From NCBI RefSeq assembly GCF_009914755.1, contig NC_060933.1: a DNA stretch of 64,000 nt; one strand, given 5' to 3'. Below are positions 30,444-46,404 of the stretch, in pieces. This DNA comes from the human T2T-CHM13v2.0 reference genome, Homo sapiens. Position numbers and translations under genes: made by a program. Within the stretch, counting starts at the first letter, position 1; every line of letters starts with the position of its first letter. The notes beneath the pieces were generated by a model. That model was not told the DNA's origin. It did not search any database and saw nothing but the letters and a program-made list of their open reading frames with translations.

Positions 30444-31145
30444 CAAAAAGCCAAGATGATAATGCTTCCTTTGCAAGATGTAAAGAAGAAAAATATATAA
30501 TTTTGACAACATAGGAAATGCTTTAGAAACAGCAGCTTCTACTGCCATTAAGAGAAATCGTATTTCTTGACCGTTTTCTTTGTGCCAGGCAATGACCGAG
30601 CACTGTTGACATAAATTTCCTCATTTAATGCCCAGATCTGCTTTATGCAATAGATACTATTAACCTGGTTCAGACAGGTACAGCTATTAGACCAAAATTA
30701 ATTGGCTCATATGGGCTGGCCTCAGCTGTCACCCCTAGACCTGTTTTTCTCCAAGGTTTCTTCTAGCAGATGACAAGTGTGTCCATCTTTCAAAGACCCA
30801 GGCTGGGACACTTCTCAAGGAACACTGTGATTTCCCTAGACTTGTATGACTTTGCTGTGAACTTGCTGGGTCGTGTAAAGTTGTTACTTTGGAGATAGTT
30901 TGGTTGCTACACTTATTCAGCTGCACCTCAAAGGGAACTGGATGTGTGTTTACCTCAGGTACAGTTATCCTCGCTCTCTGACAAGTGAAATGCTACTTTC
31001 AAGTTGTTTTGTTGAGAACTCTGAGAGCTCTTTACCCTCGGATCAAGGCAGAATGGGTACCAATATTTTAAGCTACACATTGGTCCATAGATAGACAGGT
31101 ACATAGATAATTAGTCAGGCTTGTCCAGATAAAAAGGATCAATTG

Positions 31146-31148
31146 TGC

Positions 31149-31186
<38 letters not shown>
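31146..31186. repeat. (TG)n microsatellite
   Basis: Directly visible. Confidence 0.93.
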
Positions 31187-31187
<1 letters not shown>

Positions 31188-31218
31188 TCTGTTGCTAGTT
31201 AAGATTTTTCTTTTTGAA

Positions 31219-31907
<689 letters not shown>

Positions 31908-32427
31908 TGCACCACTATTAATATATCCTTGTAATTTCCATCAGAAATGTCTTCCTGAGTTCTATATTCTGAAGCCAACTAGTCATTTCCTATGTATGAA
32001 GTTATCTAGCTTTTCTGACCAAAATACAGCTGAGACCTTGCCTCTTCTGCTTGAAATGGAAAAAGAAATTGCAATTAGTGTGCTAGATTTACAAAAATAA
32101 ATTTTAGACCTAAAGAAGTCAAGTTTTGAACTTTGGCTTCTGGTGTTAGAGCCGTCATTCACATCACCACATTCTGCTGCTTCCCAGTAATGCCAGCTAA
32201 GTATCATTAGAAACAATAGTGACCAGAAAGTAGAATAGAGGCTACCAAGGTGGGTGAGGTGGGAGTAGTGGGAAATTATTGTTTAATGGGTATAGAGTTT
32301 CTGTGTAGGATAATTTAAAATTTTGGAAATAGTAGTAATGATTATACTACATCATGGATATATTTCATGTCACTGCATTGTACAGTTAAAAATGGTTAAA
32401 TGTTACATTTGTTGTTGTTGTTCAAAA

Positions 32428-32632
32428 GGTTCAAGCAATTCTCCTGCCTCAGTCTCCTGACTAGCTGGGATTACAAGCACGTACCATCACGCCGCCTAAT
32501 TTTTGTATTTTTAGTAGAGACGGAGTTTCACCGTGTTGGCCAGGCTGGTCTCTGACTCCTAACCTCAAGGGGTCCACCTGCCTCGACCTCCCAAAGTGCT
32601 GGGATTACAGGCATGAGCCACCGCACGTGGCC
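32428..32632 (-). mobile_element. Partial Alu inside an L1MB 3' end (32215-32700)
   Basis: ggttcaagcaattctcc...cgtggcc; flanking aaatgtta; L1 motifs tttaatgggtatagagtttc and tattttaccacaataaaaa. Confidence 0.82.
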
Positions 32633-33047
32633 AAATGTTATGTTATGTTATATATTATGCTTACATTATACGTATTTTACCACAATAAAAAAATACACCA
32701 AAAAATAAACAGTAATTACGACTTGTTTTGCAATTCATTTAACTTATTAAAGCCTCCGTTTCTCCATCAGTAAAAAGGGTGACAATAACACCGAAGCTCA
32801 AAAATTGTTGTGATAATTAAACTCTAATACACCAAAAGCACCTAGCTTGGTATTTTGGGGGTGGTTATACAGCCTATCACCCCTTCATCTGATGGCTTCC
32901 ATCGGCTCAACCCACCGGCCAGGGGTGGGCTTTCAGCAGCTGTGTTTTAATTTGCCTAATATGGCCTGTATGACTGTACTGTTTGGCACAGAGCCCACTG
33001 TGGTGCTCAGCCTACGTTCATTAACTTTCCTTTGCCCAATGCTAATA

Positions 33048-33276
33048 CAACTTGAGTACCCCAAATTCAAAAATCAAAACTCCAAAATGTTCCAAAATCT
33101 GAAACTGTTTGAGCACTGACATGATGCTCCAAGGAAATACTCATTTCACATTTGGGATTTGCAGATTTGGGATGCTCAACCTGTAAGTATAATGTAAATA
33201 TTCCAAAATCTGAAAAAAATTCAAAACTCAAAATACTTCTGCTTCTAAGCATTTCAGATAAGGGATACTCAACCTG
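33048..33276. mobile_element. Tigger4a/MER46A-like Tc-mariner MITE
   Basis: TIRs caacttgagtaccc / gggatactcaacctg flanked by TA. Confidence 0.82.
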
Positions 33277-35244
33277 TATCTCCATTTATTTATACTCACC
33301 AGGCTCAGCTAGCGGAGTTGGGCAATGTGTGCGCTAATGGGAAGCTTCTCTGTTATTTAAAAGTGGTAGCACACTATCTGAAAATCCCTAACACTTAATA
33401 GGTGCATAATGAATGTTTGTTCAACTAAATTGGATTGAATAGATGATAGACCACCAGGGAACCAGAGAAGAATGAGGATGTACTACTCAGAGACGGTTCC
33501 TGATGCACGTATCAGGGACTCTCAATCCATAGGGGATATAAACAGTATTTGTTGTTGATGAGGCAACTATGTTTGTGGTACACTTGATTACATTCCAGAT
33601 TTAGGCTATTTTTTAAAAGCTCTTTTATGTGCAGTTTTACTACCTTGAACAACTGGAGCCAATGGGAAATTGGTGTTTGGGGGATCATCTGTAATGAAGA
33701 AAACTGCAGTAATAGGTATAAAAAGCAGATTCAAAGGCCACAAGTTACTTAATCCCCAGTTTAGGTGATGTTAATTAAAATCTGAAAAATGGAAATAGGC
33801 ATTGATTGGGCTCACCTTTTATTTTTAAGGTTGCATAGATTCTATTATAGGAATGATCATTACAATTATGTAATTTAAGTTACACTGCTTTTAAATTCAG
33901 AGCAAGGAACATAAAACTTTATTCCATAAATATACAACTTCTAGAGGTATACAATAATTTCATTTTATATTTTCATAGGCTAAATGAAGAAGACAGGGTT
34001 GAGTGAAAGCAGAAAAGGGAATAATAAGGCAAGAGAGAGAGACAAGAGAAAAACCAGGCAAGGGTAGGTCAGATAGAGGTCCAAGGAAAAGAAGAAACCC
34101 ACGTAAGGAAGACATAAATAGAAAAATAAAGAAGTAGACATAGTAGACATAGTAGGCATAGAAGGACAACCCAACTGGTTCTGAGGTAAGTGAATGAAAC
34201 AAATTGGACTTCCTGCAAACCAGGGAATGTGGGAGTGATCATCTGATTGGCCTAGCTTGGGTTAGGTGTCTTCACATGGCCCAATCAGCTACAGTCGTAC
34301 AGGCCATATTAGGCAAATTAAAACAGCGGCTGAAAGCCCAACCCTGGCTGGTGGGTTGAGGAGATGGAAGCCATCAGGTGAAGGGGTGATAGGCTGTATA
34401 ACCACCCTGAAAATACCAAATATGCCCCATCCTTCCCTGAAACCTTTCAGTCCCTTCTGGTGAACCAGTCCAGTGGTTCTCATACTGTAGCCAATGCAAA
34501 AGTCACCTCAAGGGAATTAACACACAATTTCCCAGGCCCCAGGTTCGTTTTTTGTTTTTGTTTTTGAGACAGGCTGGGGTGCAGTGGTGCAATCACAGCT
34601 CACTGCAGCCTTGACCTGCTTGGCTCAAGTGATCCTCCTGCCTCAGAAGTGAACAAGAAAGACAGAGACACACAGAAACATGGAGAGCCACTGAGAGACC
34701 GATAATGAAGGAGTCAGGCCTACTCTTCCCAATGGTTATGCTACCACTTCTGACACTTGGGTGGAAGAGAGGTGAGAATGAGACAGAACAAGCAGGCCAG
34801 AGGTCCTTGAGCAGTGAAGTGGGTCCTAGCCCATCAGTGCAGAATAAACAAGAGAGAGATGACACTTTCAATCATTAATCTTTCCACATATATGGCAAAT
34901 ATAGCCCAAAAACTATTCCAGAGTCAGTTCAACTCACAGCAACTTTCTCTCCTTTGGGAGAAATTAGGAAGAGGTTTAAGAAAAACAGCAGATAGAGCCT
35001 TGAAACAAAATTTTTGTAGTACTCCCCAAACACCATGCTACACGTGCTACATGAAGTGAAAAGTGACCTGATGGCATGTAATGATGCTAAAGAGACAGTA
35101 AAAAATTAGGTATGGAAGTCCATTCGATGAGGTTAAAAAGCCTAGGCTATATCCTGTAGGTCAGTGCTGCTTGCTATTGTGGTCCATGAGGATGCAAATT
35201 CTCTAGCCCCATCCTGGACTGCTAACTCAGAATTTCAGATTTGA

Positions 35245-35554
35245 GGCTAGGTATGGTGGCTCACGGCTGTAATCCCAGCACTTTGGGAGGCCAAGGAGGG
35301 AAGAATGTTTGAGTCCAGGAGTTCAAGGCCAGATGGGCAACATAGCAAGATCCCAACTTTACAAAAATTAAAAAAAAAAATTAGCCAGATATAGTGGCAC
35401 ATGCCTGTAGTCCTAGCAACTTGGGAGGCTGAGACAGGAGGATTGCTTGAGCCCAGGAATTCAAGGTTGCCATGAGCTATGATTACACACTGGACTCCAG
35501 CCTGGTTGATACTGTGAGACTCCATTTCTAAATTAAAAAAAAAAAAAAAAAAAA
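35245..35554 (+). mobile_element. AluJ
   Basis: Dimeric Alu with A-tail. Confidence 0.92.
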
Positions 35555-36854
35555 GGAATGAAAGAAAGAGAAAAAAAAATCTTTTGCTTTTTTAAAATTT
35601 TTAATTTTAATTATTTTTATTCTTGTTGTCCTGTGTCACCAGGTAAATGTATCCACCTCATTGGGGAGGTAAGATTTCAGTATTTCTAGGCCCCCTGGGC
35701 TTTATACTATCATACTACCATCAAAACCTCACCTTATTTTTGACAGAGGCCATTTCATACAGGGAAAATCCTGGGCCCAAGAATCCATTCCCAACCCTGC
35801 CACTTTATGGCCCTGTGTCTTCCTTCCTCCCAAGCCAAATGAGGATTTCAAACACTGACATCACAGGGCTGTTGTAAGGCTTAAATGAGAAAATAGCTTT
35901 GAAAAGTGCTTTTGGCAACTATGAGACTTCAGCCCTCTTTGCTAAGCTTCTGTTCTTATCAAAGAGGGCTAAGCCTGGATCTCAGTGTTCAGCACAAAAC
36001 TTGCTATCTGGGTGCTCTTTCTTGGTTGAGCGCCTATTCTTATCTTGATGACCGTCACCCAAGAAAATGATGTTGAATTTGGAACCCAGAAATTCTCAGC
36101 TCCTGTTCAGATTGCTTTCTTCCATGTAGCAATAGTCATTTGTTGTATCTTCATCCCCCAACATAAAATAGGAAAAACTGATCTGTTACTACTTAGCTCA
36201 AAATTTACTAACTAAACATCCCTGCCTTCCGGAATCTTATATGGCAAGTGGAATCCAACCATGATGACATCATGTTACCAACTATATAATGAGACCTTCC
36301 TACAGCTGGCCCATTGATATTAAATAAATACTGGGGTGGACCAGTAGGGATACCACTAATACACCCTCCTGGATTCATAGCCATTTTGCAAAGCACATTT
36401 CAACAATCTCCTTTGTTGTCTTCTAGAGCTCCCAAGCCACTACATTATGCATTGTCACGTAGTACTTTATGAAGTTATATGCACCAATATGTATCCCAGC
36501 ATCTTTTTTACAAAGCAACATTGAGGCGCATCAGCTCAACTAAATAGATTCTCCTATCAAGACTGATTAGTCTCGCAGTAGCTGCCACTTTACACTCCAG
36601 GACAAACTGAGAAGGTGGAAGCTGGCTCCAGATCGGATGGAAACTATCTTTTATTATGTACAAGACACATCCTTGTCTTATCCTAACTTCAAAACAGCCA
36701 AGCAAATTGCGCATTGTTAAATCCTTTCATCAGATGAGGAAACTGCAAGCAGAGAGGTTACGCCACTTGTACTTGGTCACACAGTTAATGTCAGAAACCA
36801 GAATCCAAATGCACAGGTTTTGTTGGTTAAGAAGTAATCTGTCAAAATAGCAAC

Positions 36855-37029
36855 AAAGCGAGACCTCCATCTTTACAAAAAAATGGAAAAAATTAGCCAG
36901 GTGTAGGGTATGCACCTGTGGTCCCAGCTACTCAGGACGCTGAGGAGAGAGCATCACTTGAGCCTGGGAGGTCGAGGCTGGGGTGAGCCATGATCGTGCC
37001 ACTGCACTCCAATCTGAATGACAGAGAAG
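36855..37029 (+). mobile_element. 5'-truncated AluJ
   Basis: Linker plus right arm and A-tail. Confidence 0.85.
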
Positions 37030-39512
37030 ACTCTGTCTAAAAAAAAAATAAGCTGCCAAAACAGGTATATGAACACATCTTTTAACTTATGTTTAATCAC
37101 AACATCACAGTCAACACACTTACTTGCATTCCTAAGTCACAAGTGTGGCTATGTTCCCCATCTTTCATCAGCTCTTAGGAAACAGTGTATTCCAAAGCCT
37201 TCACTAACAACTTGCCTTACATTTCATGACCTCCAAAGATCTTGAAGATAAAACACGGCAAAGGTTATTCTCTTTCTTTCTTGGCATTGTTCAGGCACAG
37301 CCTAACCCAGCAGTACTTGCCACCCATAGCACAAAAAAAGCAAATGAACAGAGAACTGAGCACTGAGATTTTATCACGGAAACAGTGTTCTCAAATATCA
37401 ATCACAGAGCTGTACCTTGGGGGCGTGAATTTGAAAGGATAAGGCAAAAAACCTCCTAAAATCGTTCACCTCCGCTCTCATGAAATGGTTGATAAAGAAT
37501 GGCATTGATTAAAGTGATTTAAAACTGGCATGCTGCGATTGTCCTATAAACTATTCTGAAAACTGGTTTTCATGAAAATAGAGAGAAGGTAATGGAAAAT
37601 GGAGGTGAACAGGACCTGGGACAGAAGCATTCCAAAAACCTGGTTAGTCCCCAAAACTCATTAGTCTGATTACCATATGCTTCAGTTCATCCCCATCTTC
37701 AAGCCATGAGTCCCATATTTCGTGGTGAATTAGCATCCTCCCAGGAGCTTTTAAAAATGCAGATGATCAGATCCAAAGAATAAGTCTCCTTGAGGAGTGG
37801 GCCCAGGAATTGGTATTTAACTTTCACTTATAATTAGTTTATTCCAATGCTGCCAGTCACTCCAGGAACCAACTCTCTCAAAGGACAACGACACACAAGG
37901 CAATTTATGAGAAGGAAAAAAAAAAAGTCCTCTGCAATTTAAATCGGAGTTCCTTGCGGCCTGAAATGCTTCTGGGCGGTCAGAAGGCTGGTCTTCCGCA
38001 GCACGGCAGCAGGAGCTCCTTAGTACGCTTCACCTCTTCCACCAAGTCCCACAAGCCCCTTGTTTACCTTTAACATCTTTTCTGTGTAAGGAAATGCTAA
38101 TCATTTTGTAGTGTAACATTTCCATTTGTATTCCGGACCATGGAGGAGGCAACACCCTGCTGCCAGACAAACCTATCACTTTCCCATGAAGACACTTGCA
38201 TACAAAGAAGAGGGTTCCCTTCTTTTTTCTTCTCTTTTTCTTCACATGCGGGTGCCACAGCTGAGGCTCAAACTCAACAATAAAAGAAGGACAGAGAGCA
38301 ATTTAATTCATATCTAATTCCCAAAGCTAAGTTGTTGCTTAAGTAAGCAGAGGCTTCTGGCTGGCTCCTCTTTGTGAAATAGTCATATCAAATAACATTT
38401 GCAGAGCACTTTATTTTCCAAATTGTTTTTCTTTTCATTACTATCTCACCTAAGCATCAGAATAACCCAGAGAAGTAGGTATTACTTCCTCCATTTAACC
38501 TGAAGAGACTGAGGCTCAGATAAGTTAAATGACCTACCCAAGGTCACACAGAAAGGAAATGAAAAAGACATGATTTGGAGCCAGGTCTTTTGACTTCAAG
38601 TCTTCTTATGCAATTGTCCTGCCTTTTTAAGGACCTAATAAATATTGCTGAATGAATAAGGGAAGTGGTAGATGGATAGATGGATGATCTCTTATGAAAC
38701 AGACACAGTGCTAAAAATTCAAATTAACTTAACTTTAATATGCACTGTTGGATATAATCAAGGAAGGTGTCAAACTTAAATAAAAACTGGAAATGGACTG
38801 CCAAACAGAAACCCAAAGTGTGAATTTGCTAGCTGGTCTTATCACGTTAAGACTCTGAAGCCACATAGCCTGAGTTTGAATCCCAGATCTACTACTTACT
38901 AGCTTTGCAACCCAGAGCAATTACTTAACTGCGTTCTCACTCAGTTTCTTTGTCCACAAAATCAAAGTAATAATAATAAATGTTCTAACACACAGAGTTG
39001 GTTGAGGATTTTGAAAATTAAGTACATTTAATGGATTGAGAATTGTGCCTGGCACACAATAAGATATCATACATTTCTTTGACATTAATGAAAATAGTTC
39101 CTCGTATATAATCTACTCTCAATTGTCTATGTGTGGATTATTCACTAGGTTTTAGGTTTTAGTTGGGGCTGGTTTGGTACCCTTCACACACAGAGATCTA
39201 TTATCTCAACAGTTAACTGCCCTTGGGAAAAGAGAAGGACATTTGCAGAGCAAGTACCACATGCCGGGCACCAGGCCAGATACTTTATACACACCATCTT
39301 ACTTAATTCTCACACCACCACCACCAAGCAGCTATTATTATCCCCATTTTAGAGATGAAAAAAATCTAAGGCTCAGATTTAAATAAACCCTAGCTGGTAA
39401 GTGATGAAGGCAAGATTAAAGTAAGCGTTTCTCTCCCCTGATCTCTTGCTCTTTCAGACTGTCTCTTGTTCAATATGGATATGAATATGATCCTTACTAA
39501 ATTCAAACTACA

Positions 39513-39691
39513 TTAGCCGCATGCGGTGGTGTGCACCTGTAGTCCCAGCTACTGAGAGGCTGAGGTGGGAGGACTGCTTGAGCCCAGGAGTTCAAGACTG
39601 CAGTGAGCTATGATGATGTCACTATACTTCAGCCTGAGTGACAGAGAGAGAGAGAAACCCCAACTCTAAAATAAAAATACAAATAAATAAA
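39513..39691 (+). mobile_element. Alu right monomer (FRAM or truncated AluJ)
   Basis: TSD-like tcaaactaca on both sides. Confidence 0.85.
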
Positions 39692-40034
39692 AGTCAAACT
39701 ACAACTACGTGCCTTCCACACTAATCATGCAATATATCACACCTAGCTCCAGCCCCAGGGGCAAATCCTGATGACCTGTAGGAACTACTTCTTGGGAGAT
39801 CAAAGGGCATAGGAAGATCAACCACTCTGTCAAGCCACCGTCCAACCGATGCTTTCCCTCAGCAGCAAAAGTGTGTCCTGTGCTGCAACATCCAAAGTAC
39901 TGGAATAATAATAGTGTGTACCTTAGAAGGCAGTTGTACTGATTGTAATTACTTGCTCTCACCACACAGCAAGCACCCAATAGCTATTGGCTATAAAAGG
40001 CAGTTCAGGACAATGTTTAAGAGCATAAACTTGG

Positions 40035-40338
40035 GGCTGGTGGCTCACACAATGAACTTGCGGTGGCTCATGCCTGTAATCCCGACACTTTGGGAGGGTA
40101 AGACAGGAGAAGTCCAGGAGTTCAAGACCAGCCTGGGCACAATGGCAGGACTCCATCTCTATGAAAAGAAAAAAAAATAGCCAAGCATGGTAGCATGCAT
40201 CTGTAATCCCAGCTACCCAGGAGGCTGAGACAGGAAGATAGTTTCAGCCAGAAAGTCAAGGCTGCAGTGAGCCATGTTGATGCCACTGCACTCCAGCCTG
40301 GGCAACAGAGACCCTGTCTAAAAAGAAATAAATAAATA
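40035..40338 (+). mobile_element. AluJ inserted in a MIR
   Basis: Dimeric Alu with irregular 5' end; aacttgg flanks. Confidence 0.85.
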
Positions 40339-40778
40339 AGTGTGAACTTGGAAGCCAGATTGTCTGTATTCAAATCCTGACTATGTCACTTAGTAGTAGG
40401 GAGACCCTGGACAAGTTATTTAGTTTTTTTGTGCCACAGTTGCTCAACTATAAATTTAGGATAACAATAGTATACCTGAAAGGGTTTTGTAAGGATTAAA
40501 TGAGCTAATATAAATGAAGCCGTAGAAAAGTGCCTGGGGAAAAGTAACTGCTGTATAACTGTTGGTTTTTATTATTAAGAAAATGTGGAGTCGCATTGAA
40601 GAAACATGGGTTGGTGAAATGTGGAAAAGTAGGCATCCACATATATTATTGGTTGGATTTTATATCCGTGCAGTGTTTTAGAGGGTGATTTGACAATATC
40701 CAGCAATATGTTATTAATAAATGTGTGTGCACCTTCTGATTTGTTAATTCCATACAGAAATATAAACTACAGCAGTAT

Positions 40779-40824
<46 letters not shown>
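40779..40824. repeat. (TG)n microsatellite
   Basis: About 21 TG units. Confidence 0.95.
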
Positions 40825-40828
<4 letters not shown>

Positions 40829-41917
40829 ATCTTGACAGAAGCAACCAGGAGTTAGAAAGAACTCCCTTAATCTAATAAGGATATCCATCAGAAACCTCTA
40901 AGATGGTATTCTTAAATGGAAAAATATTAGAAAATCCCCTTAAAATCAAGAACAGAACAAGGATACTCACTATCATTTTTTCTAGTTGATACTATATCAA
41001 AGACTAAGCCATCTGCATGGAGAAGAAAAATAAATAAGGATTGGAGAGAAAGACTCAAAGCTGCCATTAAGTACATAGAAGATGACTGTCTACATAAAAC
41101 TCAATAGAATCTATTGAAATGTATTATTACTGAAATTAAGAAGAGAGCTAAATAAAGTAACTGGCTAGGAGAATAATGTAAAAACTTTAATTTCTGTAAA
41201 CCAGAAACAAATAGAAAACATAATTTTTAAAAAGATATATTATTTATATACTAGTCTGTAACAAATTATCCCAAAATTTAGTTTAAATTTTGTTGTTTAA
41301 ATTAAAACAACATCTCACAGAGTTCAAGCAAGCCTCAGTTCTCTCCATGTGGACCTCTCTGTAGGGCTGCTTGATTATCCTCATGACATAGCACTGCCTT
41401 CTTGCACAAAGGGTGCTCTGAGAAAGAGAAAGAAGAAAGCCAAAACCACAGCACATTTTATGGTGTCATTTTAAAATTACTTCTGCTTTATTTTATTCCT
41501 TAGCAGCAACAAGTCACTGAGTTTATCCCACACCTAACAGGAGGAGAATTCAGCCCCACCTTTTTTTTTTTTTTGCCTGCCAGGGACTGAAAGGAGGAAG
41601 CACCACCACCCTTTAAAAGGAAGAATTTCAAACAATGTGTGAACATATTTTAAAACCATCAGGAATGTCATATACAAAACCAGAAAAAATTTTAAGTTAC
41701 TTAGAAATAAATCTAATGAAAGATGTTTAAAACCTTAGAGAGAAAAATTTTAAAACTTTAGTGAAAGACATTAAAGAAGACCTAAATAAATGCAGAGATA
41801 CATGATAAGTAGTCTTAATAGCAATTATTCCAAATTAATATAATAATTCAATTTAATTCTAATCTAAGGCCCCAACAGATTTTTAAAAAATGTTTGGAAT
41901 TTGAAAAGTAGATTCCG

Positions 41918-42342
<425 letters not shown>

Positions 42343-42957
42343 TCAGCAATAGACAAACCAAGTAATGGCAAAGAGAGGACCAGACACAGACCAACTATAG
42401 AAATTTGATATATGCTAGAAATAATATCACAAATTACTTGGGGATGAGTATACTATTTAATAAATACTACTCAGATAAGTGGTTATCCATGGAAGTAAAA
42501 AGTAAAATTGTATCCATATCTCAGGCCATATTTTCAGATCAATGGATTCCAGATAAATTTTAAACTTAAATGTAATGGAAAATTATAAAAGTTGCCAAAG
42601 AAAATAAAAGGATATGTCTTTGTGACCTTATGGGAGGGCTTCCTAAGCAGACACAAAAAGTGCTAGCCATAAAAATGATTGATAAATTTAACTGCATATT
42701 GGTCAGTATTGTCCTAAAGTTATGAGAAAATTCAAAAGACCAGAAAATGAAATAATCTATGTAAACATTTAAAAAGTAGAGATAAAACTCTAGATTGATG
42801 TGATTTTCTTTCCAGAAGCCCTAAAAACTCTAGTTAAAAAAGAAAAATGTCTAGAATTAATAAGAAATTTGATAAGATAGCTAAATGCAAGATAAATATA
42901 CAATGATAAATAACTTTTCTTTATACTTTCAGTAAGGCCCAAGAAATGGAAATGGGC

Positions 42958-43313
<356 letters not shown>

Positions 43314-44182
43314 TTAACAAGGCAGGCTTAGGACTTTTATAAATAATCTATCGAATCTTGCCAAAAGTCATAAAATAAGATCTGACCAAATGGAAAGACA
43401 AACAACTCTGGAAAGTTTCTCTACATTCATATTCAGGTAAAAATTTTAAACAGGGGAATGGTCTTGTTCCATTTGCAGAATAATTTAGAATGCATGTGAG
43501 CTGGCATTTGCATTCAGCCATTCAACAAATATTTAACACTTACTAAGTGCCAGCCTCTGGACTACACATAAATAATAATCTAGACTTGGTCTGTGTTCCC
43601 AAAAACCTGATAACTGAGTAATAATGGAAGATAAGGTTTAAAAATCACAAAACATAAGGGCTGATGGAAGAGACCTTATATGTTACCTATACTCATGTCA
43701 TTATTTCACAGATGTAGAAACTGAGCCCAGAAAGTACATGTGTTTTATTGAAGTTCACATAGCTAGTAGCCCAGCTGGGACTACAACTCAGATCTTGTGA
43801 CTTCCACAACATATCATTCTGCCTCTCAATTACAATATGAAGCGTTTAAACTATTCTTCTCAGCATAGTCTAATCTAGTACTTAAAGAGATTTTACCGCA
43901 CAGTTAGGACACACGAGCAGTGGGATCAGGCTGGAGAAAAAAACTAAGCATTGTCATGGTGCACATAGTCTATTAATATTTTGTTAGGCAACAAATAAGG
44001 TACGTACAAACAAGAGACTACCAGACAGCTATTAAAAAGATGATAGAAAACTAGACATAGATCTACACGTGGAAAAATGACTGTTACATACCATTCAGTG
44101 AATAAAGGTTGTAGAATGTTACATTTATCCGTATTTCATAGACGTAAAATTTATATATGTCTAAATACATATGTGTAATCAG

Positions 44183-44545
44183 GGAATACTATGCAGCCAT
44201 GAAAAATGAGTTCATGTCCTTTGCAGGGACATGGATGAAGCTGGAAACCATCATCCTCAGCAAACTAACACAGGAACAGAAAACCATACACCATATGTTC
44301 TTACTCATAAGTGGGAGTTGAACAGTGAGAACACATGGACACAGGGAGGGGAACATCATACACCATGGCCTATCAGGGGGTGGGGGGACAGGGGAGAGAG
44401 AGCATTAGGACAAATACCTAGTGCATGTGGGGCTTAAAACCTAGATGACGGGTTGATGGGTGCAGCAAACCACCATGGCACATGTATACCTATGTAACAA
44501 ACCTGCACGTTCAGCACATGTATCCCAGAACTTAAAAAGAAAAAA
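44183..44545 (+). mobile_element. L1PA 3' end (short insertion)
   Basis: ggaatactatgcagccat...gtatcccagaacttaaa plus A-rich tail. Confidence 0.92.
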
Positions 44546-45034
44546 TGTGTTAAATTAGACATATTAAATATATATGCGTGTGTGTATACATACATGTGTA
44601 TATGGATAGAGACAGCAAGACGCAGAGATCTCTGGATGAATGTTCATGATGATGTAAACAGTATATAGTTATTTTGAGTTTTAAGATTTCAGGTGGATTT
44701 TATTTTTTCTTTGTACATTTCTCTACTATCAATTTTTTCTTATATTGATCAGGTATCTTTATTAAAGCAAAAAAAATGAAAATACAGGCTGATCTGAATA
44801 ACCCCAGGTATCAGAAGCATGACCAACCAGTGGGTTAAAACAAATGTTCATATTAGGATATAGATTGGATAGATTATAGCAGAGCTTAATCATCCAGAAA
44901 AGAAATAAGGGAAAGAATTTGTATTTAGGACCAAATGCGCCTTTCTAAAATTTACAAATATTCTGGGATTTATCTGTATGTAAGTATGCACCACAATAAT
45001 ACAAGAGATTCAGACTTTATATTTACACACAAGG

Positions 45035-45720
45035 TGGCAGTTAGTCTTAGTTGGCATATCAATAACCAGTCCCAAACATCTACAGCCCCAACCATACTAT
45101 AAAACAATACTATAAATACTGGGAACTATAGTAATCACCTTCCTGAACTCCCTTGTAACTCAGATCTGGCCAATCAGAAATAAGTGAAGGTTGCTGGGTG
45201 GGGCTTCCTTACACAATATCCATTTAAAAGGGGCCTCTTATTCCTTTTTTTAAATTATTAGTTTGTTGTTCTTGTTTTGTTTTTTGTGGTTTTAGAGACA
45301 GGGTCTCACTGTGTCACCTAGGCCAGAGTGCAGTGGTACAGTCATAACTCACCGCAGCCTCAAACTACTGAGCAAAAGTGATCCTTTCCTCTCAGCCTCC
45401 CAAAGCACTGGGACTATAGGCCTGGGCTACCATGTCTGCCCTCTTTTATATTTTATTTTTTTTTTTAGCAGCCTGAAATATAGACTCAATTCCTAGAGGT
45501 CCCAAAGTCATCTTGCAATCATGAGGATCAAAGCTATGTATTAAAGATTGCAAAGCAGAAATATGGAAGGATCCTGGATCCTTGATGACATCCTTAGCAC
45601 CTCCCACCAGCCCCCAACTGCCAATCTTTGGGCATCTTGTCATAGGAGAGAAATAATGCCTACATGTTGAAGCCATATTTAGTATTCTTTCAGTTACAGG
45701 CAGCCTAACATAATCCTAAA
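45035..45720. mobile_element. Ancient MLT1-type LTR containing a minus-strand Alu monomer (45265-45441)
   Basis: ctggccaatcagaaataagtg, gtcatcttgcaatcatgagg, gttacaggcagcctaacataatcctaa. Confidence 0.6.
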
Positions 45721-46360
45721 AGGTGGATGCAATGAAACGTCCTTAAATTGACTTTATCTAGTCATAGTTTGCGATGTTCTTATATAAGCAGGAGCTAAAA
45801 TCGACTTTTGCCAAATTAATTTTAGAAGAAATCAAGAGTGAAATTATGGGGACAAGGAAAATCATTACCTTTCTCAAAAAAAAAGCTACTTATTAATCAC
45901 AAGCCCTTTCGCAGCACCCAGCACAGAGTTACATACTAACAGTTGCTATGTCAATTAGGTAAATAATTTTTATTTATTCCATAAACTCTTTCAGGCAATT
46001 ACTTGCTAATTTATTTCCAGTTTGATCTTCAGTCCAAAATACTGACTTTTCTCATGGCATTCTCTGAAATCAGCTGCACTGCTTGAAAATTTAATCCACA
46101 TCAACATAAAAACAATATGACAACAAATTATTTAAATATATTATTTATGCTTTTCAGTGTGTGTAACTCACACACACATTCATCACTTAAGGTCTAACTC
46201 TTCTGTTCTGACTTTATGAGTAGCCCCTGTAATGCAGAGATATATTTTAGAAAGCTATGTGGAAAGTATTTATCTACACGATATCATTTTGCCATGACCA
46301 ATAACTGTTGACCTGTACAAAAAAAAAAAAAAAAACCCAGCTTTTGGAGTAAAACTGCAT

Positions 46361-46404
46361 TTTGTGTAATATAATTTGTGTAATATAATTTGTGTAATAT
46401 AATT
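46361..46404. repeat. 14-bp tandem repeat x3 (TTTGTGTAATATAA)
   Basis: Three perfect copies. Confidence 0.9.
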
